From: a virus
DNA: 64,000 nucleotides
IMG/VR virus record: IMGVR_UViG_3300014208_000005
Span: 29,941-93,940 of that record
Direction: 5' to 3' (one strand)
Made by a program: the position numbers and the translations under genes. Positions within the stretch are counted from its first letter, which is position 1. Each line of letters begins with the position of its first letter. The notes under the pieces were generated by a model that saw only the letters and a list, made by a program, of their open reading frames with translations, was not told the DNA's origin and did not search any database. This document shows positions 19,356 to 26,879 of this stretch, in pieces.

Positions 19356-19817
19356 CTAAGATACCAGCTTTTTAATTTCAGCGATGTGTTCACGTGTGAT
19401 AGCACTTCCTTCAACCGTAATGTTGAAAGAGTAAATACCGAACATCGAAGACAGGTCTTCAAAAGCTTTAATAGCCTTCTTAGCGTCAGTCTTAGTTAAT
19501 TTACAACACCCACATTGGATTGTTGTTCCTTCAGCCATTACTTCTCTTCCTGCGCCAATAGCAACCGTTTTAGGTTTATCTGGCATGATTTCAATTGCAA
19601 AATAAGGAACATTTGCCCCGTTTGTTACAATGGTATTAGCTCTGATTTCCAGAACCTCAAATTCTCTTCCAACATAGCTGTTAACAACTGCACCAATTCC
19701 ACATCCTTGTTCACCGCTAACCCAATTCCTAGTAATTTTTACTGTGTTACCTGCTTTTAATCCCGTGATTTTCACGAATTCTTTTTGCATTTCTGCGTAG
19801 ATCTCTTGTGTCGTCAT
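19356..19817 (-). CDS. SH3/KOW-like paralog family member 3
   Basis: MTTQEIY..MQKEFVKITGLKAGNTVKITR...VPYFAIE. Confidence 0.7.
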   Translation of the reverse strand: MTTQEIYAEMQKEFVKITGLKAGNTVKITRNWVSGEQGCGIGAVVNSYVGREFEVLEIRANTIVTNGANVPYFAIEIMPDKPKTVAIGAGREVMAEGTTIQCGCCKLTKTDAKKAIKAFEDLSSMFGIYSFNITVEGSAITREHIAEIKKLVS

Positions 19818-19829
19818 GACTTTTTAATT

Positions 19830-20024
19830 TTAATTGTTAATAATTGATTTTGAAATTTCAAACTTGATTTTATTTTGTGTTAATAATGATTTAAATAATG
19901 TAATTGCATCTTTGTCTTTAGTTCTTATTGTTGCTGGTTCTCTGATATGAACTTCAAACAGTTCATCTGTTTTATCCATTTTCAACGCTTTGCGGTTGCC
20001 TGGATCTTCAAATATGGATTTCAT
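19830..20024 (-). CDS. Hypothetical protein
   Basis: 64-aa ORF, ATGA coupling. Confidence 0.5.
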   Translation of the reverse strand: MKSIFEDPGNRKALKMDKTDELFEVHIREPATIRTKDKDAITLFKSLLTQNKIKFEISKSIINN

Positions 20025-20509
20025 TTCTTAATAAGTTCAAATTTGTCAGCATTATCACCTGCAATCTTATCAAATTCTTCTTGTGTTATCTTTTTAAGAT
20101 CTGATACTAAAACAGGATAGGTGTAAAGATTACCATCTTCCAAACAAACTAATATTGCTGATTGATTTGTACTTCCTGATTGTGTAGATTTGGCTAAAAT
20201 GTAAGTGTACTTTTTGCTAGAAAACCTCTGTCCCATTGAGTAAAATACTTCTTTCTTAACAGGTTCTAAACAGAAGTAAGGAAGGATTGGTCCAGATTTA
20301 AGGTTAATACCACAGTCCATATTATTTTCTAATTTGTTGTCAATCGTGAAGGTTCTTCCCGTGTAATCTATGTCATTAAAGTGTGAGGTGCATCCACCTT
20401 CTCCTTCCTTAAATATTCTAATGACTCTTACTTTATCTCCATTTTTAACATTGTTTAACTCAATCCACTTTTGCTGTAATTTTACGAAAATTTCTTGTTG
20501 TGTTGTCAT
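20021..20509 (-). CDS. SH3/KOW-like paralog family member 4
   Basis: LQQKWIELNNVKNGDKVRV...PYFCLEPV, then FYSMGQRFS...YILAK...LEDGN domain. Confidence 0.7.
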   Translation of the reverse strand: MTTQQEIFVKLQQKWIELNNVKNGDKVRVIRIFKEGEGGCTSHFNDIDYTGRTFTIDNKLENNMDCGINLKSGPILPYFCLEPVKKEVFYSMGQRFSSKKYTYILAKSTQSGSTNQSAILVCLEDGNLYTYPVLVSDLKKITQEEFDKIAGDNADKFELIKK

Positions 20510-20736
20510 AATTTTTTACCGTTTTTAATGATTAATTTACCTGAATAATATGCTTTGACGATTCCGTCATAAATGTTTACTGGATTTGACGCTAATGTTT
20601 CGATTAAAATCATTGCATCATCCAGTGTCTGTACTTTGTCGTAAGTCAAGGTTGTCCGAAAGTCCTTCAGATGAGATCGGTTTAAAAGATACACTGTCAA
20701 CTTCTTTAAATTTGAGTTCTTTTTTTTCTTTACCAT
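20506..20736 (-). CDS. Hypothetical protein
   Basis: 76-aa ORF, ATGA coupling to next gene. Confidence 0.5.
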   Translation of the reverse strand: MVKKKKNSNLKKLTVYLLNRSHLKDFRTTLTYDKVQTLDDAMILIETLASNPVNIYDGIVKAYYSGKLIIKNGKKL

Positions 20737-20902
20737 AACATGTTTCTTTTAAGTGAGTGATGAGCGATTGATGCTTATTTTTAAAGGAGAGAAATTCAAC
20801 GCCTGTAAAACCTTGCGGCAAATAGTAATTGATTTCTCTCCTGCCCCTACTAACTAAAACTGTAATAACAACATTATCAATTTCTTTGGTTATTGATTTC
20901 AT
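20618..20902 (-). CDS. Hypothetical protein
   Basis: Starts 2 nt after the previous stop; 3' part overlaps next ORF in another frame. Confidence 0.4.
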   Translation of the reverse strand: MKSITKEIDNVVITVLVSRGRREINYYLPQGFTGVEFLSFKNKHQSLITHLKETCYGKEKKELKFKEVDSVSFKPISSEGLSDNLDLRQSTDTG

Positions 20903-20904
20903 TG

Positions 20905-21612
20905 TTATGTGATTAATTTAAATTCATTTATGTGTATGCTAAATAACGTATTTAGCTGTTTCAATGGAATTTTTTGGTAATCCCAACATTCAACTCCAAT
21001 TGACCACGATTCTCCGGCAACACCATTATTTCCATCATTTAGTTGAATCAGGTGTAACCTATCACCTCTACCGCTGTCTGAAGTGTGAACTTTCGCCAAA
21101 ACATATTCAACTCCTTTTCTTGAGAATCTGCTTCCAATCTTGTAAAACTTTTCTTCTTCAACTTCAACTTTTTCAAGGACGAAATATGGATAGTACAGAC
21201 TTTCTTTTGTAGATATTTCCTCCTCGATTTTATTAACAGTAAGAACCTTACCAATAAACTTATCCATTTCTCGTACCCAATAACCATTCCATCCGTTTTC
21301 AAAACTTTCGGCTTTCCTTAAAACCCTAACCTTATCCCCAACTTTAATATTGTTGAGTTGAATCCATTTATCATGTAGCTGTTTATGTATTTCTTGTTTT
21401 GTCATTGGTTTTTCTTTTATTAATTTCACAAATCCATTAGTTAATAAAGCAATGGATTTTTGGTTAACAACCACATTCCAAGGAGCTTGGATTATTCCAG
21501 GAATTCCTTTGTACCGATTATTAGACTTGTCACAGGTAGCAGCATCCCAATTTACCAATTCACCTTCATGTTTAGTAAAATTTTCTACGGTTATTTCTAA
21601 TAGTTTTGACAT
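20905..21612 (-). CDS. SH3/KOW-like paralog family member 5 (fused)
   Basis: Internal module from ATG 21405: MTKQEIHKQLHDKWIQLNNIKVGDKVRV...ENGW...MDKFIGKVLTV...PYFVLEKV. Confidence 0.7.
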   Translation of the reverse strand: MSKLLEITVENFTKHEGELVNWDAATCDKSNNRYKGIPGIIQAPWNVVVNQKSIALLTNGFVKLIKEKPMTKQEIHKQLHDKWIQLNNIKVGDKVRVLRKAESFENGWNGYWVREMDKFIGKVLTVNKIEEEISTKESLYYPYFVLEKVEVEEEKFYKIGSRFSRKGVEYVLAKVHTSDSGRGDRLHLIQLNDGNNGVAGESWSIGVECWDYQKIPLKQLNTLFSIHINEFKLIT

Positions 21613-21654
21613 AATACTGTTTTTGTTTAAAGTGTGTTTTTTTATTTGTTAATT

Positions 21655-21830
21655 CTTATCAGCCAATCCTGCTTACAAATTTCTTTTCCGGAAATTTATC
21701 ACATAGCAATGATTATTACTAAATAAATAAAGCAGGAATAAAGAACATTAAGGCTGATAAAAATAAAGATTGGGGTAAGGGTGTAAAATTATGAAAAAAC
21801 AAAAACACCCTCAACTCCCCATATCTTTAG
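21655..21830 (-). ncRNA. Structured intergenic RNA (two long hairpins)
   Basis: Inverted repeats TTATCAGCC/GGCTGATAA with TCCTGCTT/AAGCAGGA, and AAAGAT-TGGGG..GGGTGT/ACACCC..CCCCA.ATCTTT. Confidence 0.5.
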
Positions 21831-21840
21831 TTAAGCCGTC

Positions 21841-22884
21841 TTAGACAGCTTCTATTTTTTTAATTGCTCTTTCGATGGTGTTAATATCACATTGCCCCAA
21901 TGTCTTACTATTTGAAACAAATAAACACACTCCAAGCTCTTCTGCTTCTTTGAAAGTTAGTACTAGTTGTTTTAAACGCTCCAGTGAATACTCCCCAAAA
22001 CCATCAATGTGTGTATTTTCTTTTGAAATAATAACGTCAAAAGCGTCGTGAGTACAATTTGCACTGTAAGAATAAATTCTAACAGGAATTTCTGTTACTT
22101 CTTCAACTTTCTCAAGACATTCAAATCTCCATGACCATCCGGAGTCTAGTAAGATACAAGGAGTATCATAGTCAATATTTGCTACGGTCATAACTTTTCC
22201 AGTGTAATCTGTCTGAAACTCTCTGAGAACCTTTACCTTACTCCCAACTTTAATGTCGTTTAATTCAATCCATTTCTTAAACAGTTGTTGATAAATTTCT
22301 TTTTGTGTCATAATTTTTGTTGTTTTAGGTTGAAAATACTTTTCATAGTATTTACAAAATTGTTTGTAAGAATAGAATTTCTTGAATTTACTACTGTTTG
22401 TGCTACCACTTCCGTACATAAATCCTCTTGGATCATTAATTAAGATAATTGTATCTTCTTTGTTTGTTTTCCAGAAGTTAGATGGATTTATTACATAATT
22501 TGAACGATCTTCAAGCCAGTGTCCTTCCATCCTATTAACTACACTCATCGCTTCTTCCAATGTTTTAACTGTAACAGCAAACATTTCTCCTTCCTTTGGT
22601 AATAAATCTTCTGGTAGGTAAAGATCTTTAAACTGTTCTATTGAGATTATTTCACAATCATGGGAATGTGCTGATTTGTAATAAGATATTTCGCAATGAG
22701 AGAAATTATTTGGTTTTCCTGAAGAATCATTTAGGTTGATTCCATGAGGTGTTGGATATCTTCCATAATAGAAAGTTTCATCGGCTGCTCCAGCATGAAA
22801 TCCAAGTCTTCTCAAAATTTCTCTTACGTAGGTTTCATCTTCAGCAGAATGACATTCAACTACGTGTGATTTATTATTTGTCAT
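21841..22884 (-). CDS. Multi-module protein containing SH3/KOW-like paralog 6
   Basis: Internal module from ATG 22311: MTQKEIYQQLFKKWIELNDIKVGSKVKV...CLEKV. Confidence 0.7.
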   Translation of the reverse strand: MTNNKSHVVECHSAEDETYVREILRRLGFHAGAADETFYYGRYPTPHGINLNDSSGKPNNFSHCEISYYKSAHSHDCEIISIEQFKDLYLPEDLLPKEGEMFAVTVKTLEEAMSVVNRMEGHWLEDRSNYVINPSNFWKTNKEDTIILINDPRGFMYGSGSTNSSKFKKFYSYKQFCKYYEKYFQPKTTKIMTQKEIYQQLFKKWIELNDIKVGSKVKVLREFQTDYTGKVMTVANIDYDTPCILLDSGWSWRFECLEKVEEVTEIPVRIYSYSANCTHDAFDVIISKENTHIDGFGEYSLERLKQLVLTFKEAEELGVCLFVSNSKTLGQCDINTIERAIKKIEAV

Positions 22885-22892
22885 AATTTTTA

Positions 22893-23198
22893 TTATTTAT
22901 TGTTTCTAATTGTGTAAAGATATTTCAAATCATCATTTAAATTAACACGATACACATTTGAAAGTTTTAATATCGTGTCATAAACTGTGATGTAGTTAGC
23001 ATCCGCGTTAATTAAGACTGAGTTATCTGGAAGGATAACCTCATAGTTTTGAGTAACTATTTCTGATTTAGGTTCTTCCAGAGGTTGAAGTACGGATGGA
23101 GTTAATGCCCATCCAATAGCAATTCCAATAACAAATGCCATTGAAATGAAAATATTGTTAAATTTTTCTTTGAAAGACACATATTTTAGCTGCTTCAT
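22893..23198 (-). CDS. Membrane-anchored hypothetical protein
   Basis: One hydrophobic segment IFISMAFVIGIAIGWALT. Confidence 0.6.
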   Translation of the reverse strand: MKQLKYVSFKEKFNNIFISMAFVIGIAIGWALTPSVLQPLEEPKSEIVTQNYEVILPDNSVLINADANYITVYDTILKLSNVYRVNLNDDLKYLYTIRNNK

Positions 23199-23221
23199 GT
23201 TTTAAAGTTTTAAATTGTTAA

Positions 23222-23340
23222 AAAAGAAACTCCCTTTTCTAATTAGAACTAGCTATTGTTTCAGTGTAACATCTTGCTAACTTTCGGCTACGAATTTCAC
23301 GCATGTTACATCTTAATTAGAAAAAGAAAGAGTTTCTTAT
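23222..23340 (-). ncRNA. Long intergenic stem-loop
   Basis: Nested inverted repeats AAGAAACTC/GAGTTTCTT, TTTTCTAATTA/TAATTAGAAAA, TGTAACAT/ATGTTACA. Confidence 0.5.
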
Positions 23341-23345
23341 TTCTT

Positions 23346-23564
23346 TTATGCTTTTACAGGTTTTAAGATGTTTACAGGAAATTCTCCAGATTTAATTAAC
23401 ATTATGTCAGCTTGAATTGCAGCTTCTCTTTCAGTTGAGAAAGAATGACTCCTGTTACCTTTAACTTCAGCGTAAAACAGTTCCTTAAATCCTTTAGTAG
23501 TGTAATAAGCCTGTTTTTGGATGAAGTGATAGGTACGTTTAGTTAATTTTGGTAATGCTCTCAT
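23346..23564 (-). CDS. AP2-like small DNA-binding protein
   Basis: FYAEV.G...SFSTEREAAIQAD..LI..G..PVNILK resembles AP2-like phage proteins. Confidence 0.5.
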   Translation of the reverse strand: MRALPKLTKRTYHFIQKQAYYTTKGFKELFYAEVKGNRSHSFSTEREAAIQADIMLIKSGEFPVNILKPVKA

Positions 23565-23566
23565 AG

Positions 23567-23713
23567 CTAGTAGCGTATTTCTTTCATGTACTGATGTCTT
23601 CCACCACCGTAAGCTTCAGGACAGTGTTTAGATGACACACACGACGACGTTGAGATGACAAATGCAAACAGTAAGGCTGTGAGCAAAATGTAAATTGAGA
23701 TGAGCTTTTTCAT
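23567..23713 (-). CDS. Small lipoprotein (48 aa)
   Basis: Below track cutoff: MKKLISIYILLTALLFAFVISTSS-CVSSKHCPEAYGGGRHQYMKEIRY, SPII lipobox-type Cys, A-rich leader. Confidence 0.65.
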   Translation of the reverse strand: MKKLISIYILLTALLFAFVISTSSCVSSKHCPEAYGGGRHQYMKEIRY

Positions 23714-23745
23714 GGTTTTTAAGTTTTTTATTGTTTTTAATGGTT

Positions 23746-24087
23746 TTATTCTACATTATAAGCAAGAGCTGTAATAGGTTCGAGAATTTTCCAGACATCT
23801 TTCCACGAGTATTTATGATAGAGTTGAAGACCTAAGCTTACCCCTTCACCTGCTCTGTAATAGGCTACCTTTTTAACAAGCATTTGAATGATGCCTGAAT
23901 TGATGAACATTTCAGAATTAGCGTGACCATTAGTATTAAAAATCATTTGTTCTGGGTTATATTTTGTTCCACTGTAAAATGCCCCGAGCTGCATTAGTCT
24001 GTTGTTGACTTTTTTGAAGTATTCCTTATCACTAAAATCGTGACAAATATTCTGTTCAACAATTGTTATTTTTATTGTTTTATTCAT
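23746..24087 (-). CDS. Hypothetical protein
   Basis: 113-aa ORF with A-rich leader. Confidence 0.55.
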   Translation of the reverse strand: MNKTIKITIVEQNICHDFSDKEYFKKVNNRLMQLGAFYSGTKYNPEQMIFNTNGHANSEMFINSGIIQMLVKKVAYYRAGEGVSLGLQLYHKYSWKDVWKILEPITALAYNVE

Positions 24088-24109
24088 GATTTCTAAGTTT
24101 TAAAATTGT

Positions 24110-24171
24110 TTGTAAAAATAAAAAATAAACAGCAGGTCTGTCTTAACGACACGTTTGAAACCTGCTGTTTA
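24110..24171 (-). terminator. Terminator-like branched hairpin
   Basis: 12-bp stem TAAACAGCAGGT/ACCTGCTGTTTA followed on the minus strand by a T-rich tract. Confidence 0.55.
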
Positions 24172-24199
24172 AAAGAATGCGCTTACTAGAGAAGCTCCT

Positions 24200-24382
24200 T
24201 TAATGCTTTACTCTTATTTTCCTCACCATCTGCTTCCTCATTCTGCGGTTAGGTTGGATTTGAATTTTACCCTCCTTAATCGCCTGTTGCAGTTTATTAT
24301 CCTCTTCAGATAATGGGTTGTCACAAAATGGTGGGATTTCACGAATGTGTTTCTGAGAAATGACTTTCTTTCTTGATTTCAT
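24200..24382 (-). CDS. Small basic hypothetical protein
   Basis: 60 aa; PNRRMRK motif. Confidence 0.5.
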   Translation of the reverse strand: MKSRKKVISQKHIREIPPFCDNPLSEEDNKLQQAIKEGKIQIQPNRRMRKQMVRKIRVKH

Positions 24383-24405
24383 AATTTTAGGTTTTTAGGT
24401 GATAT

Positions 24406-24597
24406 TTAATTTTTACATTCTGGAACAACGTTTGTGTACGTTTGACCGTCTTCAGAGGAGTAAGTAAGTTCTGTTGTTTGGTTTTTAGTTACTAACTTTC
24501 TCAGTAAACCACATTTAACACACTTAGCTTGTATTCCTACTTTGTGTCCTCCCCACGACATCCAACTATGTCTGGTTTTATTATTTGTGATTCTCAT
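24406..24597 (-). CDS. Small zinc-finger-like protein
   Basis: RHSW...CVKCG...PEC; ATG 24597 preferred to track start. Confidence 0.55.
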   Translation of the reverse strand: MRITNNKTRHSWMSWGGHKVGIQAKCVKCGLLRKLVTKNQTTELTYSSEDGQTYTNVVPECKN

Positions 24598-24760
24598 GAA
24601 ATAGTTGTTTGCGTGTGATAATGTTGGCTGGAATGTTGTAAACCTTCTGTTTTTCAGACTTAGTTTTCCAGCCGTCACCTAATAGCGAACGCATTTGCAT
24701 TCTGTATTCAATCTTAGCTGCTTTTACAGGATTTTCTTCTCTGATTACTGTTAAAGTCAT
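24581..24760 (-). CDS. Hypothetical protein
   Basis: ATG 24760 preceded by AAAGGAGGTG. Confidence 0.5.
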   Translation of the reverse strand: MTLTVIREENPVKAAKIEYRMQMRSLLGDGWKTKSEKQKVYNIPANIITRKQLFHENHK

Positions 24761-24774
24761 TTTACACCTCCTTT

Positions 24775-24990
24775 TTAAAACGTTAAGACTTTTGTTAAAT
24801 GATACCCGCAATGATTTGTAAGGAAGTCAATCTTTCCACATGAACCATTACCGAGGTCATTCTTCCTTGTTTTACAATCTTTACTTAAGACTCTGATGAG
24901 TTTTGAATTGGAATCAATTCTGATGTCATTCTTTTTGGAGAGTGCGTTAAGCACTTCATCCACCGTGTGTTGATGTTTACGTGTTTTCAT
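24775..24990 (-). CDS. Conserved small crAss-like early protein
   Basis: EVL..LSKKND...DLGNGSCGKIDFL.NHCGY motif. Confidence 0.6.
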   Translation of the reverse strand: MKTRKHQHTVDEVLNALSKKNDIRIDSNSKLIRVLSKDCKTRKNDLGNGSCGKIDFLTNHCGYHLTKVLTF

Positions 24991-24995
24991 GATTT

Positions 24996-25166
24996 TTAAA
25001 ATTTAAATAAGTGAGTAAAACTGTAAGCTATGCAATAAATTGCGATAAGCTTTAAGACTAATTCGTAAAGTCTTTGCCATATTGCTTTGGTTGTCCATCT
25101 TGAGACTAAAACCCATGACGATAAAGCAATGACTAAGATGTAAAATAAAAATGTTGTTAAGTTCAT
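24996..25166 (-). CDS. Small two-TM membrane protein (56 aa)
   Basis: Hand translation MNLTTFLFYILVIALSSWVLV...LIAIYCIAYSFTHLFKF; fills the gap. Confidence 0.55.
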   Translation of the reverse strand: MNLTTFLFYILVIALSSWVLVSRWTTKAIWQRLYELVLKLIAIYCIAYSFTHLFKF

Positions 25167-25324
25167 CATTCAAAGTTTAATATTGTGTCACATTTAATTG
25201 AATCAATTGTAATGATTTGTTCTTGTGTTACAATTGTGGCCGAGACTTTTGATTTGGATTTATTGTCAGGAGTAAAACTGTAACACAAGAACACTAAGAA
25301 TGCTAATAATATGTGGTTACCCAT
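25166..25324 (-). CDS. Small secreted/membrane protein
   Basis: MGNHILLAFLVFLCYSF..., ATG 25324 preferred. Confidence 0.5.
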   Translation of the reverse strand: MGNHILLAFLVFLCYSFTPDNKSKSKVSATIVTQEQIITIDSIKCDTILNFE

Positions 25325-25409
25325 CAAGTTCATATCCATCAACCAGATAAGCCATGAGTAATACGGCACAGATAAGAATAGTAATACCTGAAATTATGAT
25401 TATTGCCAT
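25317..25409 (-). CDS. 30-aa single-TM peptide
   Basis: MAIIIISGITILICAVLLMAYLVDGYELDG after an A-rich leader. Confidence 0.45.
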   Translation of the reverse strand: MAIIIISGITILICAVLLMAYLVDGYELDG

Positions 25410-25420
25410 AACTTTAAAGT

Positions 25421-25546
25421 TTAAGATTCGTTTGAAATTTCTTTAAGAACAGCTATTGCTTCGTAAATTGCTTTACAAGCAGCACAATCATGGTCTTCGC
25501 AGAGTTGGGTTTCCAGTAAGGTAATGACATCTTGGATTGTTTTCAT
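25421..25546 (-). CDS. 41-aa Cys/His peptide
   Basis: MKTIQDVITLLETQLCEDHDCAACKAIYEAIAVLKEISNES; ATGA overlap. Confidence 0.5.
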   Translation of the reverse strand: MKTIQDVITLLETQLCEDHDCAACKAIYEAIAVLKEISNES

Positions 25547-25950
25547 GTTCTTGGAGGATCAAAGAATAAGTGACCATGTATTTTTGTACCGCTATCATCA
25601 TACCACCCATCTCTTAAATAAATTTGAGATCCGTGATTTGTAGGGTTAATATTGTTTGATAATTCTTCTTTAAAGACAGAAAATGCCCATTTATCATTGA
25701 TGTGACATTCTGAATTGGTTCCTCCAGCCACAATCTTTGTAACAATGTTTTTCTTTACTTCTGGTTTTGGCTCGTAAGGACGCAGAACTATTTTTTCACT
25801 GTATCTACATTCAAATCCCTTACCTTCTGGACATCCTTTATCTCCATTATTCGCAAAGAAACATCCTTTACAGGACATATTCTCAACTTCAGGCACAGCT
25901 TCAAATTCTACGCCTAATATTTTTATTTTTTCACCTAATTTTAGTATCAT
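25543..25950 (-). CDS. Hypothetical protein with Cys cluster
   Basis: SCKGCFF....C......C motif common in Bacteroidota phages. Confidence 0.6.
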   Translation of the reverse strand: MILKLGEKIKILGVEFEAVPEVENMSCKGCFFANNGDKGCPEGKGFECRYSEKIVLRPYEPKPEVKKNIVTKIVAGGTNSECHINDKWAFSVFKEELSNNINPTNHGSQIYLRDGWYDDSGTKIHGHLFFDPPRT

Positions 25951-25955
25951 GATTT

Positions 25956-26180
25956 TTAAGATTTAATGGTTAATACCGATGCTTTTTTACGTTCGTGATT
26001 ATATTTAAAGAGGTAATCCGGATGAGTTAAGTTAATAAGTTCATCCACATTAACGCGGTCAAATTTAAACTTATCCCAAAGGACATATTTAGGCACTATT
26101 TCGTTCGTCATTTTACGAACAATATCAAAGAACATTAGCTTTGAGTGAAATTCGTTGAATGTTGTTTCTGGGATTATCAT
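25956..26180 (-). CDS. Hypothetical protein
   Basis: 74-aa ORF, ATGA coupling. Confidence 0.5.
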   Translation of the reverse strand: MIIPETTFNEFHSKLMFFDIVRKMTNEIVPKYVLWDKFKFDRVNVDELINLTHPDYLFKYNHERKKASVLTIKS

Positions 26181-26359
26181 ACAAATACAAATTTAAATGT
26201 GGTTAAATTTCCTGTTTCTTCGAGTAAGTTTACAACTTTACCAGCAACATCATAAGGCCAATTTTTAAGAGCCTTTAAATAAAATCCTTTTTCTTTGCCG
26301 GAGTAACACGCATCATAATCACATGCTCTTGCTACTGTAATGAATTGTTTCTTTGTCAT
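26177..26359 (-). CDS. Hypothetical protein
   Basis: 60-aa ORF, ATGA coupling. Confidence 0.5.
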   Translation of the reverse strand: MTKKQFITVARACDYDACYSGKEKGFYLKALKNWPYDVAGKVVNLLEETGNLTTFKFVFV

Positions 26360-26601
26360 GATTCAATTGTTAATGTTCCATGAAAGATTTCAAAATGATC
26401 GCTCGTCCAATCACTGTCGTTGCTTGCAAGAAACCCTCCGCTGCTTGAACATAGGGCAACACCTGTTAATTGAGTATCAGAAGATTTTGTGCACAGAATG
26501 ATTGTTTTACCATTGGATTTGGAATTTGCGTAAAGTTCTCCTTGTTGAAAACGTGTTGAATTGTGATGAGGAAATGTCCTCTCTATTGTTGTTTTTATCA
26601 T
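26356..26601 (-). CDS. Hypothetical protein
   Basis: 81 aa; first gene after the boxA-like leader. Confidence 0.6.
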   Translation of the reverse strand: MIKTTIERTFPHHNSTRFQQGELYANSKSNGKTIILCTKSSDTQLTGVALCSSSGGFLASNDSDWTSDHFEIFHGTLTIES

Positions 26602-26635
26602 GATTTTAAGAATTTAGAATTCAATTAACAATTTA

Positions 26636-26657
26636 CCAACACATTCAAAGAACTTTT
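26636..26657 (-). promoter_or_regulatory. boxA-like antitermination site
   Basis: Minus strand AAAAGTTCTTTGAATGTGTTGG resembles the GTTCTTTGA boxA of rRNA operon leaders. Confidence 0.5.
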
Positions 26658-26879
26658 CGCTTACAAATTTGTCAGTATTTATTGTGTGATGTTCACCTAT
26701 TTCAGCTGGATTACTGTATTTAATGATGAATGTTAATAAAGAATGATTTTCAACCACACGCTACCCACCACTTGTTTCAATTTAACTTATGCAGTTCAGA
26801 CGATTTTATTCTCCTGCCTTTGGGTTAAATCTTTGTGCCTAAGCCTTGTCCGTTGTTCATTCGTTTTTACTTAAAGATT

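Noticed and set aside
23222-23340. Hammerhead ribozyme
   Set aside because: GAAA loops are present but the CUGANGA core is missing.
13786-26620. Recurrent AAAnnTTAAAAATCATG-like motif before many minus-strand genes as a phage promoter
   Set aside because: It always abuts the ATG and is explained by the A-rich Bacteroidota translation-initiation signal.
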